DNA of 63,237 nt, filler included, from Octopus bimaculoides (lineage: Eukaryota), in assembly GCF_001194135.2 (NCBI RefSeq). It is 4 parts of 4 records of this genome, joined end to end, with 100 filler letters (N's around TTAATTAATTAA, not from the genome) between each part and the next. Parts side by side here need not be neighbours in the genome. Positions count along the whole stretch, not along the records: positions 1 to 16,091 come from NC_068995.1; 3 more parts are not named here. One strand, 5' to 3'. Positions within the stretch are counted from its first letter, which is position 1, and each line of letters begins with the position of its first letter. The notes beneath the pieces are model-generated. The model searched no databases. It was given only the letters and a program-made list of their open reading frames with translations, and had not been told where the DNA came from. Made by a program: the position numbers and the translations under genes. Below, one piece after another: positions 1-11,289 of the stretch.

Positions 1-212
1 TGTGAAATTGATAAATATAATTTATGATGAAAATCTCATTTCATTTTCATTGGTGAATTCAAAACTCAACAGTTCGCCAGCAGTTAATCGACTGTGACTG
101 TCGCTCACTGCCACTCCGTTTGTTGTTTTACTCTTCTTTGTCCACAGCACGACTGACAGGTACATACTATTTTATATATATATATCTGTAAAAATATGTG
201 ACACTTATTCGG

Positions 213-286
213 TAGCCATGATAAAACTCTGAGTTTCGGATGCCGGGGTGGGAGCCCACGCCAACATCTCTTCAGTTATCCGGCCA
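213..286 (-). ncRNA. Type I hammerhead ribozyme motif in a Penelope-like pLTR or retrozyme-type end
   Basis: Minus strand reads TGGCCG-GATAA-CTGAAGA-GATGTTGGCGTGGG-CT-CCCACCCCGGCATC-C-GAAAC-TC-A-GA-GTT|TTATC-A-TGGCTA. It has the CUGANGA and GAAA core, a long stem II, a palindromic stem III (ACUC-A-GAGU), a GUU cleavage triplet, and stem I GAUAA/UUAUC extendable to ~11 bp with one bulge. Confidence 0.65.
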
Positions 287-349
287 TTGAAAATTCTATT
301 CTTCTTTATAAACATGTTTTTCGGTCATATTCTGATTAACAACGCTGCT

Positions 350-497
350 GTTTCCGTCTACCAAATTCAGTCACAAGTCTGTGGTAACCCTAGGGCTATA
401 GTAGCAAACACTTTCCCAAGGTACTACGTAGAGGGACTGAAACTGACCATGTGGTCGGGAAGCAAACGTCTCAACCACCCAGTCATTCTTGCAGCTA
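350..497 (-). mobile_element. tRNA-derived SINE family A, 5' half (diverged)
   Basis: Homologous to the full copies at 4033-4421 and 58502-58925 (gtttccgtctaccaaat...cacaag...ctatagtag motif). Confidence 0.7.
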
Positions 498-1607
498 ATA
501 TGTGTGTGTGTTTACATTTGTTGTTAATTCGAGTATTGTGTCCCACTCTGTCTCAAAGTTAGCAGTTCATCAAGCAAGGTCCTACAAAGTAAATGCCAAA
601 TTGAAATACGTACTGAGGTCAGTATGATCAATTAAATTTTTGAAGCTGATACCTCATCATGGCGACAGTCGAAAAACTAAGGCCAGTAAAATAATGCTTA
701 AAGATTTAACAGCTTCAAATTTAAGGCAATGGATTACTAATTATAAGATAATGAGTTCAAAACTTCGTATTGAACTTCCACTCTATACGATAACAGTATA
801 TGCACATCTCAGTGTACTTGACTTCCAACAATTAACAATTGTAATTTGAAGTTGAATGTTTAGCAGTAAGAAAGATGTCCAGATTCCTAAAGAAATTATT
901 GCACGAAATATTCTGAGAAAAAGAATTTTTTCCACCACACCAAAATACANNNNNNNNNNNNNNNNNNNNNNNNNNNNNNNNNNNNNNNNNNNNNNNNNNN
1001 NNNNNNNNNNNNNNNNNNNNNNNNNNNNNNNNNNNNNNNNNNNNNNNNNNNNNNNNNNNNNNNNNNNNNNNNNNNNNNNNNNNNNNNNNNNNNNNNNNNN
1101 NNNNNNNNNNNNNNNNNNNNNNNNNNNNNNNNNNNNNNNNNNNNNNNNNNNNNNNNNNNNNNNNNNNNNNNNNNNNNNNNNNNNNNNNNNNNNNNNNNNN
1201 NNNNNNNNNNNNNNNNNNNNNNNNNNNNNNNNNNNNNNNNNNNNNNNNNNNNNNNNNNNNNNNNNNNNNNNNNNNNNNNNNNNNNNNNNNNNNNNNNNNN
1301 NNNNNNNNNNNNNNNNNNNNNNNNNNNNNNNNNNNNNNNNNNNNNNNNNNNNNNNNNNNNNNNNNNNNNNNNNNNNNNNNNNNNNNNNNNNNNNNNNNNN
1401 NNNNNNNNNNNNNNNNNNNNNNNNNNNNNNNNNNNNNNNNNNNNNNNNNNNNNNNNNNNNNNNNNNNNNNNNNNNNNNNNNNNNNNNNNNNNNNNNNNNN
1501 NNNNNNNNNNNNNNNNNNNNNNNNNNNNNNNNNNNNNNNNNNNNNNNNNNNNNNNNNNNNNNNNNNNNNNNNNNNNNNNNNNNNNNNNNNNNNNNNNNNN
1601 NNNNNNN

Positions 1608-1638
<31 letters not shown>

Positions 1639-1659
1639 TATGTATATTATATATATATG

Positions 1660-1712
<53 letters not shown>

Positions 1713-2249
1713 TTACTTCTTATCATTTATATGTTCCTTTTACATCCTTCCACAGGTTGGTATAGATGAATTATGCAGCGGAGGTTAAATCAATGTGTTC
1801 ACATGACGTACTTCTCGAGACTACCAAAACGCTCACTTTCTTTATTGACCTCTGAGGGCCCAACACAAAGGGGACAGCACAAGGACACAGAATACAAAGT
1901 GGGGATATAAAACATAAACGAAGGAATGAAATGAATCATATAATTAATGAAGGTGGAATGGCTACTCGAGCCCCACTCTCGAGTAATAACATTTAACTAT
2001 TTGTTTCTTCAATGTTTATCGATTTTAAATCAAATTAAATCTTACAGTATCGGATCATGTATTGTGTCAAGTTCTCATATTCCATCACGGGAGGTAGAGA
2101 GTCACATCTCACCTCTGGTCCTAGTGGGTCTATGTCATTGGGCAAAAATTCCTTTTAGTTTTTCGTACCTATCCATATCTATTAGTATGCATTTTATGTC
2201 TATTAGGTAGTACTCTACAGGTATTTTAACTCTTATTGCTGATTTAATT

Positions 2250-3439
2250 TTTGAAATCTTTCTCTCGATGGCCGTACTCGTCACATAGGTCATCAAATAT
2301 GCCTTATTTTTGTGACTGTCCTGAGATGTTTGTGTGTCTGCTTGTATGTCTTTGCGTTTCTGTTTGTGTATGTCTTTCTGGAGAATCTGGGCAGTTTGGG
2401 ATGTTTGTGTTTGTCTTGAGCGTTTGCGGAGGTGAGGTAAACTGTGTGTGTTTTCTATATTTGTTTTCTGTGTTTTGGGTGCTTGTGTGTTACTTCTTTC
2501 TTTTTCTTTTTGTTCAGGTTCTTTGGGGTGGTGGGGTTAGTTCCTTTTTCTTTCTGCTCTGCATCTCCTGGAACTCTTCGTCCATACTTTCCACATTTGT
2601 TGCTTCTATGGTTTCTTCTGTCCTCTCGATTTTGTTGCTGTTGTCGTTCTGCTCCTCCTCCACTGGTGTATGATTGTTTAATAGGGGACAGCTCATCTTT
2701 ATGTGTCCCCTCCTTCTACAGTGGTAGTAGGATGGAAGTTTCCCCTCCACCATCACTCGCAGCTTCACTTCTTCAGGCATCTCAATTTCCTCTAGTATTT
2801 CTTCCAAGTCCTGTGGAGTGGCCTAGATTACAACTTCCAGGCCATAGCCTCCACAGTTCAATTGCTTTGTCCGAATCACTTTCATTACTTTTAAGTCCTC
2901 TTTTGTGCCCGTCAATATTGCTGTCAACAACCACACTTGAGCTATCTTGTGGGGGGGGGGGACCCTGCCAATCCTTACTCTCGCCACACATTTACCGAGA
3001 CAGGTTGGCAAGAGTGCCCATTCCTCCGTTCTCAATGTCGTAGTGGAGCGCTTTATTGCCTCCTCTACGGTAGCAAAACTCACTTCCACTGTACCGAACT
3101 TCTTTCTCAACAAAAAAATTGGATGTCATTCCTGATTTCTTTTAGGCACTCCTCAATGGCGTTTTCACTTGCCATCTCTATTTTCTTATTCCTGACTGAC
3201 AGCGTTCTGTAAACCACCATTTTCTTATTTTTTCCTTTTTGTAACATCTTCAGGGTGGGAGTCAAATTTAGCCTTGACCCCTCTCTCTGAATTAAATCCT
3301 TACTCCTCTTCAAAATTTCCAAATCCACTGTTACCTCTTCCTCTTCCAGCAGGTTAATGGTGGCTGTAACATTTTCGCTGCTTGCTACAGAAGCATAGCT
3401 CCCAGCTTGACGTTGCTCGGATGCCTGCACCACTTCCAT
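2250..3439 (-). pseudogene. Orphan zinc-knuckle ORF1/gag-like relic (Tx1/L1-type ORF1-like), frameshifted
   Basis: ORFs 3107-3439, 2823-3113 and 2514-2807 join across A-run and G-run frameshifts. N-terminal SYASVAS, RRM-like FGTVEVSF and RVRIGRVPP segments, and a degenerate CCHC knuckle (Y-YHC-RRRGH-IKMSC, 2688-2729), then a low-complexity tail. No downstream RT. Confidence 0.6.
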
Positions 3440-4032
3440 AGTTTAATACTATTTTTGCCCCTGAATGGGGGAGAAAATAAAGACAAGGCGAACAGTACAA
3501 CAATTAGTCAACAATAGTTCAACAGTTTCAACAATAGGTAAACCTGTTAGGGAGAATCTTCAACAAAAGATAACTTATCTGCAACGGAATCACAAGTGAT
3601 TTATCAAAGAAAACTACCAAAACGCTCTCTCTGACTACTAGAGACCACTACTCTTTATAAGAGTTCGGCTAGTCCGTTCTTCCAAATCTGTTGGGGTGTC
3701 AATGACTTTCGCCACGTCTCCCCTTTGAGATTGACTTCCGTTTTGAAGTTAATATTTTTATTTATTTATTTTTCTTTCATTACATCTCCCTTTTTGAGAT
3801 TTTTCTCTTAACGAAGTTTAATATTTCTTCCGTTTAGGCGCTACATCCTACCGTTCTGTTTGCTTTCTCTTTCTTGTGCTGCTCCGATTAGGTTCCCTTT
3901 CTTATGGCGTTGGAACAACAAATGTGTCATAGAACACTTCATGGGTATCTATTTGCTTTTTTCCATATATATATTTTTTAGCTGGTTTAAATGCCTTTTG
4001 TGTTCCCATTTTCGCCTCTTACCATTTTATTT

Positions 4033-4421
4033 TTTTACTTGTTTCAGTCATTTGACTGCGGCCATGTTGGAGCACCACCTTTAGTTGAGCAAATCGATCC
4101 CGGGACTTATTCTTTGTAAGCCTAGTACTTATTCTATTGGACTTTTTTTGCCGAACTGCTAAGTGATGGGGACATAAACACACCAGCATCGTTGTCAAGC
4201 AATGCTAGGGGGACAAACACAGACACACAACCCCCCACACATATTTATACATATATACGACGGGCTTCTTTCAGTTTCCGTCTACCAAATCCACTCACAA
4301 AGCTTTGGTCGGCCCGAGGCTATAGTAGCAGAAACTTGCGCAATATGCCACGCAGTGGGACTGACCCGGAACCATGTGGTTTGTAAGCAAGCTACTTACC
4401 GAACAGCCACTCCTGCGCCTA
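4033..4421 (-). mobile_element. tRNA-derived SINE family A, full length, with internal (CA)/(TA) microsatellite
   Basis: Minus-strand head TAGGCGCAGGAGTGGCTGTTCGG... with an A box and a B-box-like GGGTCAGTCCC, a central simple repeat, and 3' tail ...ATGGCCGCAGTCAAATGACTGAAACAAGTAAAA. Several homologous copies occur in the window. Confidence 0.85.
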
Positions 4422-4524
4422 GCCTATTTTTTGTTACTACTCAGTCTTCCCAACCTTGTCCTCCATTTTTACATATTTTGAGAAAGCACCTTGTCACTGA
4501 TATTAAAAAAACTTTGTCGTAGTT

Positions 4525-5030
4525 TTAGTGTTTTCCGTATTTGTTTTTCTTACTGGCAGTAGCTTGTCGAAAATTGACTTTATTTTCCGAGCGAACATTA
4601 ATTCCGCAGGCGACTTGCCTGAAAAAGTGTTTGGCTTTTGGTGTTATCCTATAAACCCTCAAGAACTGCGTTAATGCTGCGTCATCGACTAGCATGTTTC
4701 TTGATTTCTTTAATGTTCTTTTAAATGTATTCACGAACCTTTCCGCTTGCCTGTTAGATCTTGGGTGATACGGAGGAGTAGTAATATGTTCAATTGAGTA
4801 CATCTTGCAAAAATTCTTAAATTCATTCACCGTGAATTGTGGACCATTATCGGAGACTGAAGGATTTTACCAACTTCTCGATATTTAGATCCATTTTTGA
4901 CCAGTAAACATAACTCCTCATAAGCGACTTCATTCTAGAAATTCCTGGATGTCCATAGTGGAATTCCTTTCACATTCAACCTTATAATGAGATAGCCATT
5001 ACGACCCTCTGTGCATACATAAGTATCACA
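4525..5030 (-). pseudogene. Gypsy integrase remnant (zinc-binding N-terminus plus second half of the rve core)
   Basis: Translations EFHYGHPGISRMKSLMRSYVYWSKMDLNIEKLVKS, then VSDNGPQFT...TPPYHPRSNRQAERFV (D-x35-E). The segment carrying the first catalytic D is deleted. Confidence 0.85.
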
Positions 5031-5615
5031 TGTCGAATACAAATTCGAAACCAACAATAAGTAAACCTGTTAGGGAGAATTTTCAACAAAAGATAACTTA
5101 TCTGTAACGGAACCACAAGTGATTTATTAAGGAAAACTACCAAAACGCTCTCTCTGACTACTAGAGACTATTACTCTTTATCAGAGTTCGGCTAGTTCAT
5201 TCTTCCAAATCTGTTGGGGTGTCAATGCTACTCGCCATAACAGTTTCATTCATAAAACTACAGCTATGTTTGGGCACTGCCTTGGGAAAATTTTAGTCGA
5301 ATGGATCGACTCCAGCACCTTGTTTAAAGCTTGGTACTTATTCCATCCGGTTATTTTGTCGAACCGCTATGTTACAGCCAAGTACGGTTGTCAAGCGGGG
5401 GTGGGGAGCAGACACAAAGACAAATACACATCATAGGAATGTGTGTGTGTGTATTCGGCAACCTGATGTCAACAACAGTATGTAGATATATGCCACTGGA
5501 TCTACTTCAGGAATTCTTTTTCCGTCTGTAGGGCTTGTATATATATTTTAAAAAAACACGACACAGAAAATGGAATTCACGAGACTCTGTATTTAGAATC
5601 ACGACGATCTTTTCG

Positions 5616-5819
5616 ACCCATCATGCACAGTTGCCTTACAGGTAAGATGCTGTACAACCAATTGTCATGCATTATAGTTGCAGACGCGTCTCCTCAGGTG
5701 ACTTTCCAAAAAGCACCCCGCTTTCTACTTGCCGTTTCACTTATTTCTATAACAATACATTTTGGTTAGTGGAGCATACCATATGTCTCTCACCTGTAAG
5801 GTACCGGTGCATGATGGGT
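5616..5819. mobile_element. MITE, ~204 bp, with 31-bp imperfect terminal inverted repeats
   Basis: Left ACCCATCATGCACAGTTGCCTTACAGGTAAG versus reverse complement of right ACCCATCATGCACCGGTACCTTACAGGTGAG. No clean TSD. Confidence 0.6.
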
Positions 5820-6256
5820 GATTATGATCGCAATGCATCTGAATAAAGTGTCTCGTGAATTGCATTTTGTCACTCGCATTTTTATACATACATACATAAT
5901 ACATACATATGAACTCGGGACCATATGGTTAGAAGCAAACTTCTTACCATACAGCCTCGCTTGTGCCTACACACAGAGACAAACACACACACGCACACAC
6001 ACACTCATATCATCTGAGTATGTGTATATGTGCATGCAGGCGTATGTATGTATGTACATGCATAGCATTTTAAATTGCGAAGACAGATGTAAGGTGGGTT
6101 CAAAAGACTGAAACGGATAAAAAAGATCAAGACAGTTGCTAGCAGCTGGGAAAAACTAATGTTACCAGATTATGAAATGAAAAAAACATGCACCTAAGCT
6201 TACTTCTTGGTATCACGTTGTGTAGGTGTGATATCTGACTTTTGAGAGTGTGTGAG

Positions 6257-6330
<74 letters not shown>

Positions 6331-6425
6331 TGAGTGTACGTGCGTGTGTGCGCGCGTGTGTTTCTGTACGTTTATGTATACATTTATATACATAAATATA
6401 CTATAATGTACATATACGCCGAATG

Positions 6426-6458
<33 letters not shown>

Positions 6459-6570
6459 GTCGCTTCTAAGCTGATGAAAATATAAATACACAGTTTTCTG
6501 TATTCAGTTCTACTTTTCCGTTTTAAAGTCAAATACGTACTCGCGCATACACACAGCATAGGTATGTATG

Positions 6571-6680
6571 TCATTATTAAGTTTTCTTTCAAGATTTCTT
6601 GCCAATAAAGAAAGATATGGTTTTGAACCTAGATCCAAGGTTCCTTCATTGGAATTTTAACATCAACAACAGAGCATTCT
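6571..6680 (-). mobile_element. 3' tail of an (ATAC)n-tailed RLE LINE
   Basis: Homologous to 7281-7390 and 57439-57545, but clearly diverged from them. Ends in ...aataatgac(atac)n on the minus strand. Confidence 0.7.
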
Positions 6681-7280
6681 TGTATGTATGTATGCATGTA
6701 TGTATGTATGTGTGCGTGCGTGTGTGTGTATGTATGTATGTATTTGCAGATTTGTACATCTTATGTATGTATTCTCATGCATATAGTTGCATATCTAGAC
6801 ATGCTCATATANNNNNNNNNNNNNNNNNNNNNNNNNNNNNNNNNNNNNNNNNNNNNNNNNNNNNNNNNNNNNNNNNNNNNNNNNNNNNNNNNNNNNNNNN
6901 NNNNNNNNNNNNNNNNNNNNNNNNNNNNNNNNNNNNNNNNNNNNNNNNNNNNNNNNNNNNNNNNNNNNNNNNNNNNNNNNNNNNNNNNNNNNNNNNNNNN
7001 NNNNNNNNNNNNNNNNNNNNNNNNNNNNNNNNNNNNNNNNNNNNNNNNNNNNNNNNNNNNNNNNNNNNNNNNNNNNNNNNNNNNNNNNNNNNNNNNNNNN
7101 NNNNNNNNNNNNNNNNNNNNNNNNNNNNNNNNNNNNNNNNNNNNNNNNNNNNNNNNNNNNNNNNNNNNNNNNNNNNNNNNNNNNNNNNNNNNNNNNNNNN
7201 TATGTATGTATGTATGTATGTATGTATGTATGTATGTATGTATGTATGTATGTATCAATGTATGTATGTATGTATGTATG

Positions 7281-8067
7281 TCATTATTCAGTTTATTTCA
7301 AGACTTCTTGCCAGTAGAGAAAGAACCGGTTTCTAACCTAGATCCAAGGCTCCTTCATTAGAATTTCAACATCAACAACAGGGTATTTTTGCTTGTATGT
7401 ATGTATGTATGTATGTATGTATGTATGTATGTATGTATGTATGTATGCATGTATGTATGTATGTGTGCGTGCGTGTGTGTGTATGTATGTATGTATTTGC
7501 AGATTTGTACATCTTATGTATGTATTCTCATGCATATAGTTGCATATCTAGACATGCTCATATACATTTAAATGATAAACGTCTGGAAAGTTTTACAGAT
7601 TTTTACAGTTCTAGAGATGGAGTGAATCTTCGAATTAGCTATCTGGTTTTGAGAAGCCTAATTCCTCAATATTAGTAATTAGGCAATGTATTACATATCT
7701 CAGGGCCACAATAATTACAGGTATGAACCTGAACTTGTAATCTGGATAGAGTAACCGCAGATTTCTCAATAGTTCAGCATAGGCGTTCTCTTTTTCAATG
7801 ATCTTCAGCTTTATGTTAACATCCGCTGGGCAGCTAATTTCCACAACTGTGCACAGTTTCTCTTCTCTATCTCAAATCATTAAATCAGGTCTTTTGTGCT
7901 TACATTTTATTGACGTCTTCACTGGTACATTCCACCAGTATGAATGGCTATTGCTTCTACCATATTGTGGTTTCTTATTTCTTTGTCCTCGGGATTATCC
8001 TCCCGATGGATTTCATTACAGAGTGTCTTAGCTACAGTGACATGTCTCATGATAAACTGCTTTGATG
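7281..8067 (-). mobile_element. 5'-truncated RLE (PD-D/E-xK) non-LTR retrotransposon with (ATAC)n tail
   Basis: Minus-strand translation RHVTVAKTL...RPDL...VEISCPADVNIKLKIIEKENAYAELLRNL...FIPVII...LGFSKPDS. The 3' UTR contains an internal (TACA)n tract. Confidence 0.85.
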
Positions 8068-8075
8068 ATGTATGT

Positions 8076-8103
8076 ATGTTTCGTGGCGTCCTGTGCCCAC
8101 ATA

Positions 8104-8146
<43 letters not shown>

Positions 8147-9150
8147 GTATAGATGTAAGTATGTACATATACGTATGTATATATGCATATATANNNNNNN
8201 NNNNNNNNNNNNNNNNNNNNNNNNNNNNNNNNNNNNNNNNNNNNNNNNNNNNNNNNNNNNNNNNNNNNNNNNNNNNNNNNNNNNNNNNNNNNNNNNNNNN
8301 NNNNNNNNNNNNNNNNNNNNNNNNNNNNNNNNNNNNNNNNNNNNNNNNNNNNNNNNNNNNNNNNNNNNNNNNNNNNNNNNNNTATATATATATATATATA
8401 TATGTATATATAAAATCTATATTATTATATGATTGAACGCCACGCATCCTCTTCCAAGTAAGTTTTATCTTAATAAGTCTGATGCGACTCTATACAATCT
8501 TTTTTTGTTTTTCTCTCTTTTTCTCTCTCTTATTCTTTTACCTTCTCTTCTACCACTATTCTATCCTATTACTCTGTCACACTCTCTCCTTCACTCCTCC
8601 TCCCTTGCTCACGTGGCTCCCACGTGACCATCGGCCATTTTTCTTTCTTTTTCTCCTTTATAGCTGGAACAAGGAAGACGTGTTCTTGTTTGTCTCCTGT
8701 CCTAGTTTGATTTACGCATTCGCCACCACAACCTCGTTTAGGCTTAGCAGCCATTCTTGCTTGTTTTCATTCTCCTGTTTGTGTTACCAATTTTAACCCT
8801 CCGCAAAATTCCAAATTTTATTTAATTTGCTTTGCGGGAGCAGCTGTTTTATCGAAAGCGTAGAAAAAGCGTAGAAAAAGCCAACAACTGATGAAGGGTC
8901 GTTCTTTATGTTGTTTGTTTTGTTTTCCATTTGTGCCTTTCGTTGTTCGAAAGAATAGTTCATGTTCCAAGTACTCATGCTTCGTATATTTTTTGTTGTA
9001 TACGTTTCGTGACGTCCTGTGTCCACATATGCATATATATATATACGTATAGAAGTATGTACATATACGTATGTATATATGCATATATATATTAAGCTTA
9101 CTTATTATTGTAGCCCAATTGGAAGGTTCTTGGCATCTAAGGTTAATTGT
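8076..9150 (+). repeat. Segment bracketed by ~110-bp direct repeats, resembling a Penelope-like pseudo-LTR
   Basis: 8076-8192 is repeated at about 9003-9090 with substitutions and an indel. The interval is pyrimidine-rich and contains CTGATGA at 8888-8894. Confidence 0.35.
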
Positions 9151-9209
9151 TGTCACTCGATGTTAGGATTTTCTCTTTTCCAAAATCTAATCTGTTGAGT
9201 TTATATGAA

Positions 9210-9278
<69 letters not shown>

Positions 9279-9288
9279 CATAATAAAT

Positions 9289-11206
9289 ATAATCTGGATG
9301 ATACTCACGGCAAAGACATACAATTTCCTGGCACAGGAAGAAATACTACCAAGGTAACAAAAAGGATGTAGGAAGAGTTCTCAGGGTACCAAGGATTACC
9401 TGGTCATCGATAAAACAGTTCAGAGGCATTGTAAAAAACATAATGCAAACATGTCTATGGCTTGGATTGACTTTAAGAAGGCATATGATATGGTGCCTCA
9501 CTCTTGGATCGCTGAATGCCTGCGGATGTTTGGTGTTGCTGACAAAATCACAAATTTTCTGATGCATAGCATGAAAGAGTGGAAAACCAAATTGTACTCA
9601 AGGAATGTATTCCTTGGAGAATTTAATATTAAAAGGGGAATCTTCCAAGGTGACTCGTTTTCTTCGTTACTTTTTGTAATTGCACTAATACCCATAACAA
9701 TGACACTTAGGAAAGTTAAGATGGGTTACCGATGTGGGAGAAAAGGCTCATCATTGAACCATCTTCTGCTTATGGATGACCTGAAATTGTTTGGGAAATC
9801 TGAAAAACAGATAGATTCCTTAATCAAAACAGTCTAGAAGTGTGATAGGGACATCGGTATGGAATTTAGGATTACCAAATGCTCAGTACTTAATATAAAA
9901 AGAGGGAAGAAAGCAGCCAGCAGAGGATTGCGGTTACCATCAGGAGATACCCGACGGTAGTGGGTACAGATATTTAGGGATTTTGGAGCTGGATGACATT
10001 CTATGCAGAGAAATGAAAGTCAAGGTCAACGAGGCGTATCAAAAAAGGTGAAGGTGGTGTTAAAATCCAACTGAATGCCAAAAATTTGATTACTGCAATG
10101 TGCAGTTACGGTGGTCAGATATAGTGCGTCCATCCTCAAATGGACGAAGGCGGAAATATCAACACTGGATAGGAGGATGAGAAAGTTGATGACGCTGCAT
10201 GGGGCTCTACACCCTAAAGCAAACGTAAACAGACTGTATATGAAAAGAAAAAAATCGTGGCGGAGGACTAATTAGTATAGATCATTGTATAAGGAGTGAA
10301 AGGAGAACGCTTGCCGAGTATTTTATAAATAGTGTTGAGGACCCGCTGCAATATGCCGCGAAAGATATGGATGTAAATGCAGATGAAATGATGGGCAAGG
10401 CAGAGTTTAATCAAACTGTCCATGCATTCTCTTGAAATGAGAAAGCATGGACAGTTTGAAAGGAATACACAAGCTGTTAAAGATAATACAGCATTGTGAG
10501 CATGGCTTAAGCGAGGTGATTTGAAGCGTACCACCGAAAGCCTGATCACTGCTGCACAAGATCAGGCTCTCGCTAACAATTCAGTGAAGTATAACATCTA
10601 TAAAACTTTTGACGCCCAGAAATGCAAACTCTGTAGAAAGAGTGTGGAAAATGTGACCCACTTGGTAAGTGGATGTGAGAGCCGCTACGATAAAGTTTGT
10701 GTGTATCTTCATTGGCTCTTATGTCGTAAATACCAATATGAAGTAACAGAGAACTGGTATGAGTATAACTAAGTAAAGTTATGCAGGAGGATGGAACAGT
10801 AACGATACTCTAGGACTATGATCTTCAAACGGATCGTGTAATTAAACACCCTCAGCCGGATATTGTCATATAGGATAAGAGAGATAAAATCTATCAGTTC
10901 ATTGATGAAGCCATACTAAATGACATGAATGTTGTGAGTAAAGAGGTTGAAAAAATCACCAAGTACTCCGAATTGAAAGTGGAAATGGTAAGACTGTACG
11001 GAATGCGAGAGGGTAATGTAAAAGTGATATCAGTGGTAATCGGAGCGTTGGGCTCAATCCCAGAGAAGGTTAATGTCTTGCCAAAAGCAGCCTTATTGGG
11101 CAGAGTGCACATCTTAAGGAAAGTATTGTTTGTCTGATGTCCTTGTTGTGACTTGACAGATGACTAAAGACTCCAGTGCATTTTTACCTATACTGTGTTA
11201 CGAAGG
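9289..11206 (+). mobile_element. R4/Dong-like RLE LINE, 5'-truncated and degenerate, flanked on both sides by (AAT)n
   Basis: RT motifs AWIDFKKAYDMVPHSW, GIFQGDSFS and HLLLMDDLKLF; TESLITAAQDQAL; CCHC finger CKLC...THLVSGC; RLE region ending VVIGALGSIP...KAALLGRVHILRKVL; 3' UTR then (AAT)n. Confidence 0.92.
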
Positions 11207-11234
11207 AATAATAATGATAATGATAATAATAATG

Positions 11235-11287
<53 letters not shown>

Positions 11288-11289
<2 letters not shown>

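Larger units (their letters stand above)
3533..5242 (-). mobile_element. Internally deleted Ty3/Gypsy LTR retrotransposon (LTR - integrase remnant - PPT - LTR) with a nested SINE
   Basis: Direct repeats 3533-3704 and 5056-5227, with about 11 differences in 172 bp, nearly all transitions. The upstream LTR 5242-5031 runs TGT...ACA. Polypurine tract AAAGGGGAGA (3726-3717) precedes the downstream LTR. An integrase relic lies between them. Confidence 0.75.

Noticed and set aside
6690-6811. Near-identical duplicate of about 7447-7565 across a gap
   Set aside because: The copy begins inside a (TATG)n tract and ends at a gap, so it is most likely a read-jumping or contig-overlap artefact.
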